A DNA stretch of 64,000 bases from Eledone cirrhosa (GCA_964016885.1 OZ024740.1:379998001-380062000), one strand, 5' to 3'; counted from the first letter of the stretch, positions 39,863 through 53,610 are shown. Program-made: numbers and translations. The notes: generated from the sequence alone by a model not told the origin.

Positions 39863-40109
39863 TACATATCTGTGCGTGCGCGCGCGAGTGCATGTGTGCA
39901 TGTGTGTGCGTGCGTGTGTGTGTGTAAGGTGAGATGGACATGGCTATTAGCAAGATAGACTGTTAGGTAGACGTGTTATTTAGTTAACACTTCCGTTTAG
40001 GTTAGATTGTACCATCTAGTCAGCCCCTAATGTGTGTATGTGTGTTTGTGTGCGTGTATATGGTGAGATAGACATAGCTATATAGAAGATAGGGTGCGTA
40101 GCTCAAAGA

Positions 40110-40443
40110 TCAGAGAGTCACTCCAGGTGGAGCTGCTGCTTCTCCGAATTGAGGGATCGCAGCTCCGATATTACAGACATGTGGCTGGAATGTCTCAAGA
40201 AAGAATCGCTGGACAGATTTTGCGGACAGAACCAGCCAGCAGGAGACCCAGCGATGGACACTCTTGAGCAGGATGTTTGGATAACATCCATGAGCTTGGC
40301 TGGTCTTGCTTGGGGATCCAACCTGATCAATGTGAGACGGTTGCTTCTGAGAGGGCCTGCTGGAGGGAGTACTTGAGGACTCTTTCCCCACGACCCTCCC
40401 AGAAATAAGTGGATGATCATAATGATGATGATGATGATGATGA
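40110..40443 (+). mobile_element. RTE (Expander-like) LINE 3' end with a (GAT)n tail
   Basis: Reads VELLLLRIE..SQLRYYRHVAGMSQERI...WREYLRTLSPRPSQK*, then gatgatgat. Confidence 0.8.
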
Positions 40444-40544
40444 AGAAGCCTGTTGGGTGGGCCTGTCATTTAGAGAACACTTACGTTTGGGTTAGACTGT
40501 AATACCTGGTCAATAGAGATTGTATTTGAAAGTCATGCCATGAG

Positions 40545-40930
40545 ATTTATTACTGATAAACCCCTAGAAGAAAAACTTAACAACCTCCCGTCAGTAACAA
40601 CAACGGAGCTAAAGGCGAGCGAGGCACTGCCCTCCCGGAGCAGATACAAACTGTGCAGTGGGGAAATGCTTAAAAGACCTGGTGTTGGAGGTGCAAAAGT
40701 CACTCTTGCAAAATGGGGATATTTAAAGGATGGGGGTGTTGTGTGTGACTGCGGCATCGAACCACAGACTACGCAGCACCTCCTGATACACCCCCTGCTG
40801 GAACACTCCTGCACAGCATTGGACTTGTCAAAGTTTAATGAGAAAGGACAGCAATGTGTTCAGCTGTGGTGGAACCACATCTGACCAAGCTTTGTAACTG
40901 ACAATCTTGTGGTCACGACAAGAAGAAGAA
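40545..40930 (+). mobile_element. Vingi/Ingi-like LINE 3' end with a (GAA)n tail
   Basis: GVGGAKVTLAKWGY...CDCGIEPQTTQHLL in ORF 40540-40884. Tail ggtcacgacaagaagaagaa. Confidence 0.7.
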
Positions 40931-40934
40931 TAAA

Positions 40935-41115
40935 GGGGCGATGAGTTGGCAGTACCAGTAGTACATCGGTGGCATATAGTTACGGCCTTTTATGTTCTGA
41001 GTTCAAATTCCGCCGAGGTTAGCTTTGGTTGATAAAATAAAGTACCAGTAATCGATTTAACCGACTTATCCCTCCTCCAGAAATTGTTGGCTTTGTGCCT
41101 AAACGAGAAATCAAT
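40935..41115 (+). mobile_element. SINE family B
   Basis: ggcgatgagttggcag...ttctgagttcaaattccgccgagg...gataaaataaagtaccagta. Confidence 0.8.
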
Positions 41116-41233
41116 GTTTAACCATATCAAATGTTTATTTCATTGTCTCTCTCTCTTTCTGTCTCTCTTCTCTCTCTATTACTCCTCTCTCTCTCCCCTC
41201 TCTCTCTCTTCTCTCTCTCTCTCTTCTCTCTCT

Positions 41234-41306
<73 letters not shown>

Positions 41307-41431
41307 TCTGTCCGCCGGGACTGTGGGGTTGCCAGCACGGAGAGATGGGGATGGCGAGAGAGATGGAGGCGATGAAACAAAATTAAGTACTTCTTTTTCA
41401 ATATACCATATACACTATAGCAGTTGAACTG

Positions 41432-41668
41432 TCATCGCCTCCAATCTCTCGCCCTCCCCATCTCTCTGTATGGTGAGCAAATGGGGTCCCACGTGCTGGC
41501 CTCCCCACAGCCCCGGCGGACAGAATGGAGAAGGCGTTTCCCCGGAGGATGGTAAGGGAGATGCGCTGAAGAACCATTCCATCTCACGAGGCTCACACCT
41601 GCGGCTGACCAGCTCAGCACCTATGGTGGTAAGTAAGGAGGTAGCCCTAGGGCCAAGGACACCAGTAG
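41432..41668 (-). mobile_element. 3' end of a CRE-like non-LTR element, facing a shorter + copy at 41305-41375
   Basis: The minus strand reads TGVLGPRATSLLTTIGAELVSRRCEPREMEW...RISLTILRGNAFSILSAG. Confidence 0.75.
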
Positions 41669-42228
41669 GACGAAATAAAACAAAATACGTGTATTTTGTC
41701 TCATAGTCGGCTGAAATCGGAAGTAACGACTGAGAGGAAGGGATTATTCAAGATAGTAAAACATTAGCATTTCATAACCGTTCCCAAGATACAACACATT
41801 TTCGGAAGTTCGAAGAAGGCGTCTGAAGTACATTATGTATGTTATTCAGGTGTTGTAATTGTCAAAATGCATTAAGTCTTCAATGAAAAATCACGTTAAC
41901 TGTGGATACGCTCAGCTAAATCACATTTGAAATTTTATTCCGTAAGCCTCCTGTCATTTCACACTCGGATAAGATATATTATGCCATTGTGTTATTAAGA
42001 TATGTGTATATAAATCTATTTATATATATATATTTATTAAGGTTTGTTGGTTCACCACTGGATAGAACTGGTCATTCCGTATGGTCAACCTCGATGTAAT
42101 ATTATAGAGTGCACTCGACGTAATGCAACTCACCCGTCTTCGTTTGTGTTGTTGGTGGTGCGAGTACGGATTTAATTATTATAAAATAACAGGAGGCTGG
42201 ACTGGTGCAATTCCTTAAAAGGTTTATT

Positions 42229-42286
42229 ATACTATGATCATTTCAATGACCGGGTTCAGTATGAATCCGGTGACATCATCAGGTAT
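42229..42286 (-). ncRNA. Type I hammerhead ribozyme (left arm)
   Basis: atac CTGATGA tgtcaccggattca-tac-tgaacccggtcatt GAAA tgatca TA gtat. Confidence 0.8.
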
Positions 42287-42336
42287 TCGAAATATAACAA
42301 AGGAATTTAATATTATATTCCTTTGTTTTATTCCGA

Positions 42337-42394
42337 ATACCTGATGATGTCATCTGATTCATACTGAACCCGGTCATTGAAATGATCATAGTAT
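42337..42394 (+). ncRNA. Type I hammerhead ribozyme (right arm)
   Basis: Same motif as the left arm, with two substitutions in stem II. Confidence 0.75.
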
Positions 42395-42438
42395 AATAAA
42401 CCTTTTAAGGAATTACACCAGTCCAGTCTCATGTTATT

Positions 42439-42488
<50 letters not shown>

Positions 42489-42733
42489 TTTGTTTATAAA
42501 TTTATTTTAATTTATTTTTCCTTAATGGTAAACACTCAAGGTACTGTAAATTTCATAGTTTTTTCTTTGTCTTGTTTTGTATATGTGTTTATTTACTCTT
42601 TGTTTTGTTTTGCTCTCAAGTTTATGTTGTTTTTTTTTACACTCATTTCTCGTCCTGTGAATATGTATGTATGTTATATTTTACACTCTTTTATCGTCCA
42701 TGTATATGTATGTATGTAATTATGTATGTGTAT

Positions 42734-43216
42734 GTCAGGTCGCTCTCAAATGCTACAAGTAACATGTAACTCAGTACAACCACCCTCATGGTAGGGTCGT
42801 CAGCGAGTAAACCAGCAACCCCACCAAGCTTGCTTGGTGAGGAGGGTGATATTTAGACACCCTGCGGGATGCACAAGACCTGGCGAAGGAGGGAGGAACC
42901 CAGCAGAGTCAATGGCCATCCAAATAGTATTTTTTCTTCATTTTTTTTTTTCACCTGGGAAACTCTGAAAAATAAACCTGCGGCTTCGGAGGCATCTGTT
43001 GATGTTGACCAGCTCTCCTTTTCGAGTAGTGTTTTCGATGCTCAGAGAGTATGACTGGTCGAGTGAAAGGCCTTTCCCCACTTAAAAAACCTTCAAAGGA
43101 CAGGCATTGCTTGTTCAGAATATGTTACAGGTTCGTGTGGCTGGCCATAGTCTAAAATTGCACCGAGCTCTATAATCTGACAAGCGATTGCTCTTAGCAT
43201 GGTTTGCAGCCATCAT
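42734..43216 (+). mobile_element. Structured (TATG)n-associated repeat (copy 4, close to copy 1)
   Basis: gtcaggtcgctctc...gcagccatcat, flanked by TATG. Confidence 0.85.
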
Positions 43217-43232
43217 GTTTGTATGTATGTAT

Positions 43233-43415
43233 GGGTAAAATTCCGTTATAACGAATACCATTATAACGAATTTTTCAGTATATCTACATTTTTTCAACCC
43301 CCGTGGTAATAACAAACAAACGCTTGATTTGTTTCGATTGATCTCGTTATAAAGAATTTTCGTTACAACGAATTTTTTTATACCCCAGGAAGTTCGTTTT
43401 AATGGATTTTCACTG
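43233..43415. mobile_element. Tigger/pogo-like MITE
   Basis: Imperfect TIRs gtaaaattccgttataacgaa / ttcgttttaatggattttcactg, with internal ataacgaa repeats. Confidence 0.6.
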
Positions 43416-43438
43416 TATATGTATGTATATGAATTCAT

Positions 43439-43842
43439 AAGCGTCAATGGCCATCCAAAAATGTGTAAATATGTATATGTATATGCATATATACATATGT
43501 ATATATATGCGCGGATACATAGAAATAATCGGGCTGGATACCCGATCGCGCGGTTAAACCACTGGGAGTGAAAGACCCCTAGCCTTTGTCAGGGCATTCT
43601 TGTAGGAGAAGGCAACTCAGGAAACTGGGATAACTCCGACATAAAACCTGCGGCTCAGTAGTTACCGATGATGTTGATCTTTTCTTCATTTCGGGTTATA
43701 GCTACTGTCGCTCAGAGAGTGGGATTGGCTCAGTGCACAGTCTTTCCTCACTTTAAAAAAATATCTTCACGCACAGGCATTGCACGATAGCATTAATTGA
43801 TGATAATTATTAATAATGTTATATTGTGCAATGGCCATACTC
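43439..43842 (+). mobile_element. Structured repeat, 5'-truncated (copy 5, close to copy 3)
   Basis: cgcgcggttaaaccactgggag...ggcattgcacgatag...atggccatactc. Confidence 0.85.
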
Positions 43843-43870
43843 AATATGTATATGTATGTACATATAATAT

Positions 43871-43901
<31 letters not shown>

Positions 43902-45489
43902 ATGTATGTGTGTGTGTGTGTACATGTGTCTGTGTCTGTGTGTGAGTGTGTGTACACAGACTCACCCGCAGACACACCTAACACCAAATGCAAAAAATAT
44001 ATATATATATAATATATATATATATTTAAAATTTGATCGTGCTCACGTTTTCTACATTTTATTAAGGGTTTTTCCGTTATTCATAGTTTACTTGAAACTT
44101 TGTCGTTCTTAGATCCATTAATGATTCCTGACCTATGATGTGTCTTCTGGATAAATTGGTTATTGGTGGTGCGTGTTATTTCTGTTTTATAGCATGAAGA
44201 AGAAACAACGATGACATGTCTTGACATGGTTATTAAAATCAACATGTTGTTAAGCTCCAATAAAACAAATGTTTTATTCTGACCTAAATTTAAAGTGCTT
44301 GTGAAGTGGTAAAGAAATAAAAGAAATAATAATTGACCGATATTTTTTGCATATTTTTCTAGCATAGTTGTTTGACCGCCGAGTTGAATAACCCCCTCGG
44401 AATTTAGCGAACTGGAATTCATCATTGTCTCTATGGATTTAAATTCTTTCAGCATTGCCATAATATTTCCTCGTAATGAACCAAAGAACTAAGCGTTTTA
44501 TAAACCATTTAGATGTTTATGTTAACATTCCAGAATAATGTAAATATTATGGAAAAAATAAGTTTTGATTGATTACTACAGTCGGTAAAATTCTTTTTTT
44601 AGAAATATTTTAATCAGGTAAATATTAATGTGATTATATTACTACGTGGAGTTACAGTGTGTTGAATCCTTAGAGTGTTGGTTCATAGGTCAATGAGGCG
44701 CACGTTCAAATACAATGAGCGGTAAATTAAAATAATTTTAACTTCATAAAGTATATTAACACATTACCTTTGTTTTTAAATAAGTACCACTGGGAGATCT
44801 AGTTTACAACCCCTCATTTATGGTACAATCTTTCTAATAGTTCTAATTACTGATGTATTGACTTCATTCTCAAACCTGATGGAGACTGTACTAATGTTAA
44901 ATCACCCTCTCCACTTAGTGAGCGAGTTTTCTGTAGAGACAAATCTACCGTCGTTCATTTTCTCTACGTTACACAACATTGCGAATTCATTGATATTTAC
45001 CTTGATAGCAACAATGTCTTCCATCTCTGCTACGAGTAATGTTTATGAAAGTTGTTCACATAAAAGAAAACCCAGCTGCATATCATATGGAACATATATT
45101 GAGAGATTCCTAATTTTCTCCAAACTTAGTGAAAGAGCTTCACTGTAGTGAAAGAGCTTTATGAACTGAATGCAAAAGTTGCTTGACTAATAATAACTAA
45201 AGAGAAACTCACGCGTGTTTTATTGCCAGCATGACCCTCCCAATGTATAAATATATGTTTCAACATATAATTTCACATTAAATATCTTGCCAAAAAAACA
45301 AGGTATATATATATATATATATTTATATATGAGCACAACCCCACCTATGCGCCGTATTGACATGCGGCGTTTCTTTTTAACCTGGTGGAGCCCATCTTCT
45401 CTCCAGGTCTGAATACACCAGATTTCTTCCAGAGAAGGATAGAGAGTGAGAGAATGGAAGTAAGAAAGAGATATAGACGAAGAATCAAC

Positions 45490-45635
45490 CCCTGTAAAAG
45501 ACTAGCACTTTTCATGGACCTCGAATGGATGAAATACAAAGTTGACCTCTGTGAGATTTAAACTTACCGAGCAGAGAGCAGAAACGAATACCGCAAAGCA
45601 CTCTCCGCCATTCTAACGACTCTGCCAATTCGCCT
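45490..45635 (-). mobile_element. SINE family B, diverged
   Basis: ggatgaaatacaaagttgacctctgtgagatttaaact...ctgccaattcgcc. Confidence 0.6.
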
Positions 45636-45810
45636 TTGTATGTATATATATTTATATATAATTTGTTCTCACATGCATTAAATTGAACAGTCGCTTTTAT
45701 ATAAGCTAGGGATTTTCTTCAAGACCAGGAATCATTTGAAAAGGTTAGTTGAAGGGTGCACTGTGATATTGTACTATTCAATCATATCTGTTGTATATAT
45801 ATTCCAGACT

Positions 45811-45842
<32 letters not shown>

Positions 45843-45862
45843 CAGAGGAGAGAGAGAGAGAG

Positions 45863-45952
<90 letters not shown>

Positions 45953-46329
45953 GCACCACCCGACTTATTGTAATATATTCTTTCACTACCTGAAAACTAT
46001 TATTCTAACTACGTATTGTTCCCTTCTTCCCTTCTTCCGTCTCTTCTAGCAAGCTATATACATCCATAACAATGCCCACACGATACATCTACTTTTCTCC
46101 TTAAGGTCATTCCTATTTTGCTTCACATTTGTTCAGTTAAAAACTATTCACTTAGGTTTTCGATACGACAACCTTTGAAATCCTTTCTTCCCCTAAACGG
46201 AGTTCCTTATTGGATAGAAGTCCACGAGGAAATGTCTATGCATCTGTTACGCGCATTAGAAATGTAATTGAAGTTAAATGGCTTTAACCTGGAATAGAAG
46301 CAATGCATTGAACTGTGCCTACCGGAATC

Positions 46330-46520
46330 ACTTTATTCCCTTGCATGTTTCAGGAATTAAGACGGGTTCCGCTTAGTTTTTGTCTAGCAAATTTCACTAA
46401 GCAGGCATTGGTCAAACCGTGGTTTAATAGAAGAAATTTACCCAAGGTGCCACGCAATGGGACTAAACCCGAAACCGCATGGTTGCAAAGCAAAATCCGT
46501 AATTACACTGTCATGCCTGT
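46330..46520 (-). mobile_element. tRNA-derived SINE with a CORE-like segment
   Basis: The minus strand has a tRNA-like head followed by gtggcaccttgggtaa. Confidence 0.55.
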
Positions 46521-49003
46521 TTCATTAACAGTTGCACTCGCTCTCTCAATTTTGTATTTACCTCAAGAATAATTTGTCCTTTTCTTGCTGATTAGCTTTG
46601 GGTTCACCCTGTAACCAAAGGCATTTCCGGCATAGTGTTCTGTATTTTTGTGTGGTATCTATGTATCTAGGACTATAAAGGAAGAGTAATTAGAGGGAGA
46701 TTTGCCTTCTATTTCTAGCGGCTTGAGTGACCGCGTAATCTTCCTTATTAGCTGGAACATTTATATTTGTGACTTGCTTTGTCATTTCATCTAACCTTTC
46801 TTTTTATTTCAGCTTTTCATTAAAGTAATTATATCTTATCATTAACGATCTCATAGTTATACCTAAAGTATTTTCATATGATGGACTTTGTAAAGATTAA
46901 CATTTTATATTTTCACTTCGCTACCGTCTTTCATTTTTAGTGTAGCGTCATTTAAACATAACAATTCACATAAAGTGAGTCATTCTAATCCCAATAAACT
47001 ATTGATGACACTGAACATGATAGCAAAAATATCGCAATTATTTCTGGAATTATAAATTAAAAAGTGTTTTGTGAAAATTGCTCTAAAAAATCTGTTTGTA
47101 ATCTTAGCTTTCAAACCTTAATGTTATTGATAAGAAATGGGATTATTTATGACGGTATCATTGGTTATTTAATGAGGTATTTCAAAATGTAAGCAAAACA
47201 AGAAGCCATTAGAGAGATAAGGGATGGATATTTAACTGTAAGGAGGAAATATGCAAATGCTATAGAATGAAAAAAGACCTCTTGGTAAGAGAAGCTTATA
47301 ATTTGATGAGGTTGTGATTCCTAGTCGGTATCATCTCACTATACTCATCAAATACATTTTAGAATTGTTAGAAGCTCACGTCTTTCTATCTCCTAACATT
47401 AAATAGTTAGTGGTTCTATGAACAAAACATTAACTTGTACCTGTTATGCACGAAAATGTACTGTTCTTGAGATAATACATTTCAGTCTTCGGTGATATCC
47501 TAATGGCTTATTGAGTTATGTGGAAATCAACGTTGTCTTTCATCTTTGTAAACGATAAAATATAGTACCAGGCAACAGCTAAGATCGATTTAATCGAGCC
47601 TCGACAAAATATTACAGAATTTACTGTTTATGAATTAGATCCAAAAGGATGAAAGGCTAAGACAACTCTGACTGGAATGGAACATAACTAAAAAGCGCAA
47701 AATATTTTGTTCAATGCTCTACTGATTCGAACACCCCCCCCCCCATATTTACTAATTATTAATAATACATAGTATGTAACTATGTAATGGAATCCAGCCA
47801 TACTTGAATTATTTAAAGTAATTTGTTGGTTTCTAAATATGTAGTGAATTGTCAAAGCCGTTAGAACGACGAATGGAATGCTTTGCGGTATTCGTCTAGC
47901 TCTCTACACTCGGTTGCAACCTTTTAATCACTCAACCATACCTGCGTCGAAAGCAAGGAGATATGTTTTGGGGAAAGAGATGTCAACACTAGTACTTAAC
48001 TGGTATTTATTTGTTACATCAACTATTATCAGTACATTTTGAAGTGTCCTGGCTCAGAAAATTTGGTGATTTAGACAAGGTTAGAAAATGTAATTCAGAA
48101 TTTGCAGAATGACGTCAGGAGTTCGTCTTATGGTAGAAAAATAGTAAGGCAATTCTTCGCTATGTTTAGCTAGTAATTTGTCCTCTTGAAGAAATTTATC
48201 ACATATCATATTATAATACACTTTTTTAGCGAGTTAACAGCGTGGCTGCTGAATTTCTAATCTAAACTTAGCATCCACTATAAGATAAATATTTTTGTTT
48301 TTGTTAATCGTCATCTAATATATAGAGAGGGGATTTATCTATCATTTACTTCATCAGAAGAGTCGGTAAGACTATAACTACGACCTCTTTTTCGTTGAAG
48401 CTTTTTCAATGAATTTCACAAACCGAATAGCATTGATTGCCGTGAAGAGAAAACATTCAAAATTTCACCAAATTTCAAATAAGACGTTTTGGTACAGATA
48501 TTGTTAATTTTCCATCACAATTCTCTGATACAATTGATGTATTTTAGAAAAATTAAAATATATGTGCCAAGAGAGAAGATGCCTCTACAAAGTTTCTATT
48601 CTCATGTTACCTCGCAACTGATTTAACGTCATGCACACCCATATTTTCCGCCTGATAAAGGAAATATTATTTAACGCAATAGAAAACAATTGGCCAGGAG
48701 AAAATAGGCAACAATTCTCTGTAGTGGCTGCAAACCACTTTTATATAAGTATCAGTGGTATACTTAAATTAATTCAACCAACTATCAAATGTGCTAACAA
48801 TAAATGATAAGAATTTCTTCGCCCCCCCCCCCCCCCCCCAACAAATTCTGATTTCTAAATTACCAAGTTTTATTAATTTACAAAATAATTAGGTACTCCG
48901 CAATATTTTTAATTATGTGGTGAAATAGCAGAGACAGAACGTCGGATAGAATGCTCATACTATTCCATCTGTAGGTACGGGTCTATACATACACAACATT
49001 ATA

Positions 49004-49175
49004 GGCGGTGGATTGGCAGTATCGGTAGAGGGTCGGACGCCATGCTTTCCAGCATAGTTACGTCCCTTTACGACCTGAGTTCAAATCCCGCCTTTCATCC
49101 TTACGGGGTCGATAAAATAAAGTACCAGTAATGCACTGGATAATTGCTGACCTTGTGCCTAAAGTAGAAACAATT
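49004..49175 (+). mobile_element. SINE family B
   Basis: ggcggtggattggcag...gagttcaaatccc gcctttcatccttacggggtcgataaaataaagtaccag. Confidence 0.85.
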
Positions 49176-50629
49176 ATTTTGATTATAAATTATTTACAGC
49201 TATCATACTTTCAAGTTGAGTGGTAAAAACTCCTTTAGATTGACCCCTTTTTGATACTTTCCTTAAAACATAATATCTAATGATGACTCACCGGCCCATT
49301 AAGATTTATAGGACATGTCCATATTATAATAACTAGTTGGACAGAATGATAAAGCGCCAACCAAATAGTCGTGAGTTCTCATTTTATCATTTATAGTATG
49401 AACTATATACTGGATACTTCCTGCTTCATCTTATCTAGCAGCAAAGCATGTTAAATGATGAGAGAAAGTAATTCACTGGTTGGATGAACTATCACCATTG
49501 AATCCTTTCAACGATTATTGAGAGGCCTTAATATCTCCATTGACCTGTTTAATCAACAAATGGCATTTCATTTTCATATCTAAAGTCTAGTAATAGTGAA
49601 AGTTTATTTTATACGAAATAACTTAGTGCCAATGCAAATCACGCTGTATGACTCCATGACACTTTAATTTGTGTTTTTGTCTGCTTTCAGCGGCATGGAT
49701 TGCAAACTGTTGTATAGTTGTATATTGGTTAAAACAACAATCTTGGCAAAAATGTTGTTGTGATAGTCAATTAGTCAGCTAGGTTTTCGAAGTTCAGTGT
49801 AATTGTATTTTTTTGTTTTTTACTAAAACAAATTGATTTAGATGCAACCGGTATATTATAAATGATGGTTTCTTATTGTTTCAATCTTTACTCACGTTTA
49901 CAATATATTCTTGTTAAATGTGTCTCTTCATTCAATTCTCATTCATCGACTTCTATTTGTGTATTTCATTCTATGGTCTCAGTGTGTGTGAAGAGAGAGC
50001 ACATACGCTTGTGTGCGTAATGTTGATGACAATTTATATAAATGTCTACAAGGAATTTGATATTTTCATATAAATGTCAATGCGTTGCTGTAAATCTTGT
50101 CGGACTGGCAGTTAATTAATGTCGATACAACGCAACATATATTAACTGAGAGGAAAAAATAATTATATGGGTTCACTGACGTGTCACGTTGAATAGTAAA
50201 TAAACATGCTAACCATATGTTGATATGAACTACAATACCCACCCCCTCCTATGACTATAGTAGTCGTATAGAAAGAATAACAAATGATTTTAAGGGGCTT
50301 CCATAATAAAAGTGAAACTGATGGTGTCCTATGTCGTGAACGACGCATATTTTCATGCGCAGTCAAACGGCTTCACATAAGAAAAATAACAAAACACTCA
50401 TATGAATGAAAAAGCAACAAACAGCATTAAGTCGTTTATATTGTACAATTTAGACCGCTATATTTTTCATGAATATGTGTGTCTGTGTGTATATGTGTGT
50501 GTGTATGTGTGTGCCTGTGTGTGTGTATGTGAGTGAGTGTGTGTGTGTGTCTGTCTGTCTGTCTGTCTGTCTGTGTGTGTATGTGTGTGCGTGTGTGTGT
50601 GAATATCAACAGTGGAGTAGTATATGTGA

Positions 50630-50810
50630 AAGTGCGTGGCTTAGTGGCTAGAGAATTGCATTCACAATAACGAGGTTGCGGACCGAGGGATGCGATATGT
50701 TCTTGAGCAAAACACTTTATTTGACGTTGCTCTTTCTGCCAGGAGTTGCGATCAGTAGATAGTGTCAGCAATGGAAAGACCAATGAAAATATTGTTTCCT
50801 TGGTCCGATT
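50630..50810 (+). mobile_element. SINE family A
   Basis: gcgtggcttagtggctagag...ttcttgagcaaaacactttatttgacg...aatggaaagaccaatg, matching the 4777 copy. Confidence 0.8.
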
Positions 50811-50929
50811 TGACGAGTTCCACCTCACTTGGTAAGCAAATGAGGTCTGAGATCTTGCCGATCGATACATATATGTACGTATGTAAATGCGGATGATGTT
50901 ACATGTGTGGATGTGTATATTTTCATTTA

Positions 50930-51130
50930 TATTTGTGTATACATGAATGTTTCCATGTCTACACATGTGAATATGCACTTAATGCATGCTGGTCTTCTGG
51001 AATGTTTCATATATTTTCACAGTTCCATTAACAGCTTGTAGTTTTAATTTCCTACTTAAGACTATCCGTTTTGGTTCCCTGAAGTTTGGCTTGGTGCAGA
51101 AGCAGGTAGGTACGACTTAATACCCCAGGG
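50930..51130 (-). mobile_element. 3' end fragment of the R4/Dong-like family
   Basis: Aligns by eye to 9200-9390 (ggaatgtttcatatattttcacagttccattaa versus ggaatgttttacatatttttactataccattaa). Confidence 0.6.
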
Positions 51131-52859
51131 AAAGATAATACCACGACGAAATTTTCAGACACCTGCTTATTACATGAGAGATACTCATAGTGTAATTCCA
51201 CAGTGTCTGAATTGGTCATCAGGTCTAGCTATTTTCTCAGCATCCCCATTCCTTTCAGGGATCACGTATTTCGTTGTTATTCCATAGTCTCGCATTGCAA
51301 AAGTAAACACTTCAAAGGGAAGCCTATTATCCCAGATTTAATGTTACTGTCATTTTGAAGCTTTCTGACGAGTTAGAATAACCTGAAGATTGTTTTTCAC
51401 AATTAAAAATATGACAGAAAAGGAGTTAGACATTAATAAAGTTGTGTGTATTTATGCAATATTGGTCTATGACTAGCTATAGCTAATTTTGTATGAACAG
51501 ATATTGGAGAAATATCATGAGATCAAAAATATCTGACTGGTGAAATCGTCATGATTGATGTTGTGAACTCCAAAATATTGATATTTTCGTGTACATATAT
51601 GAGCAATAACATTATTTGAAGAAAATATTAGGAATGTACATTGAGCGGTATCTTAAAGGTGAAGTACAGCAGGGATGGAGATTTAAGAAAAAAAGAGTGT
51701 ATGCTTAAATGTATACTAGCTTCAGTATTCCAACAATGGTCATACGTTTTCGGGGTAGCAAAATCTACCAGCTACCGTGGTAATATGACCAGACAAGCAA
51801 TCTTTGCTCTCGAAAGAAATAGAAACAACACTATAAAGAAAAAAAAAAAATTCCTAAGGTGATAGGCACCGTTTTAATTAGTTTTCATTCTTTTGTTGGT
51901 TAATGATGCTGAATTACAACTTTCCTATATTAAAGAGAGCGTCTCAAAATTGTGGTTCAACCTGCTAGAAATAGCAGCCCAAAACTTTCTACACAGTTCA
52001 ATAAGACTCGGCATCGGCATTCATAAACATTGTTCCATATGCTATTTATTTGTCTACGTCTTATGCTTTACTGTTTAGTCAGGGAGGGAAAAGCAATGTG
52101 CTTAGCCTTTAGGAAGGAATACTCAAACAGGATAACTTTTTCGAATGCTAGCAACAGAATGGGTTCTGTTAAAGGTGTACAAAGGTCAGGTTATGGAGTT
52201 ACCACCAAATAGTGTTGCATGAATTTCCTGCTATGTTAACTATGCTATTTCTGAAATGAAGGTGAGAAATTTCTTCTTAAACCTCAAGAGAAAAACATTA
52301 ATTCTGTTTGTGTAGTTGTTATCTATAAAGAAAAGCAGGTAATTCTGATTACGTTGTCATAGATACATTATATCTGAACTATAGAAGGGGTGGTCTCAAC
52401 TGGAACTTCTTAGATCATAAGTTTCGTCAATAAGAAGTACCTTGGGGCTTAAGAACAACAACCCATAATACAAAGAAATTCAAACGTTCACTAGTGTAAC
52501 AGCAACAAAGTCAAACCAAAATGAGGCTGGTTTATTCATCAGTGTAAACAACAGCAGCAACAGCAGCAACAGTACTTTTCTGTATCCAAGGATTCTATAA
52601 CAACAAACTTGTGTGTGTGCTATTGAAGATGTACAACATTGTCCACTACATTAGCTTCAGGCATATTTAATTCAAATGAAAATGAAATGTTTTCCTAATG
52701 GTTTCTACAATATAAAAGCTATCGTCATGGTTACAGACCCGTAGTAATAAATGGGGCTCTCTACAGTTGATACAACTTACTATCATCATTAATTTTAGTA
52801 TTGTTAATGTAAAACTGATGCGATGGACGTTGTTCTAGTCGTTTTTATTATTATTGTTA

Positions 52860-53055
52860 TTGGCAGTATCGGTAGATATGCTTCGTGGCACAGAGTTACA
52901 ACCCTTTACGTTCTGAGTTCAAATCCCACCGAGGTTAAATTTGCCTTTCATCCTTACGGGGTCGATAAAATAAAGTACCAGTAATGCAATGGAGTTGATT
53001 TAACCGACTTTCCCCTCCACCCAAATTGTTGGACTTGTGCCTAAATCAGAAAACA
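52860..53055 (+). mobile_element. SINE family B
   Basis: Full core: ttctgagttcaaatcccaccgaggttaaatttgcctttcatccttacggggtcgataaaataaagtaccag. Confidence 0.9.
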
Positions 53056-53521
53056 TTATTATTGTTATTATTGTAGCTATTGTAATTATTGCTATAGTTA
53101 CCATCGCAATCATTGTTATGTTTTTGTTATCCCAATCTCTTTTGCATTGCTCATTTTGGATGTATTGTTATGTTTGTTGCTGTAGTTGTTATTGGCATCA
53201 TTTCTGCCTTTGATAGTTCTCATATTGGCTTCATTCTTATTGTGTGTAGACATTTTGATACATTTTATGTTTGAAGTTCTTTTAGCTTTCGTTTCTCGTC
53301 GCCATTTCTACATTATCCGTCTTTGGTGGCATTACTACATGTTAGCAGCAACAGTAATAGCACCAGCTCCATCATCACTACATAGTCGCCTTATATACTG
53401 GAAAAAGCAGCAAAATCACACTTTACTATCTTGGAAATAACATGTTCATGAAAGGAACATACAAGTAACTCCCCAGACATAGGTGCCCTTAATGCAATTC
53501 TCAGGGAGATATTACGTGATA

Positions 53522-53610
53522 CAGAGGTCCTCAAAGTGGGTGCTACTACCCCACAGGGGATGTTGAGAAGCTCCAAGGGAACGCTGGGGCCAAAAGGGGC
53601 GGTAGAGATT
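53522..53610. mobile_element. Possible hAT (Charlie-like) terminus
   Basis: Begins cagaggtcctcaaagtggg. I did not find a partner TIR. Confidence 0.4.

Larger units (their letters stand above)
42177..42445. repeat. ~270-bp near-perfect palindrome with a hammerhead in each arm
   Basis: Arms of about 130 bp are centred near 42310 and differ at only a few positions. Confidence 0.95.

Noticed and set aside
44081-44461. 126-aa ATG-initiated ORF in non-repetitive DNA with a hydrophobic stretch
   Set aside because: No recognisable domain or supported exon structure. One such ORF is plausible by chance in 64 kb.
46090-46285. Faint Helitron/Pif1-like peptide (RGNVYASVTRI)
   Set aside because: A single weak motif is not enough without a profile search.
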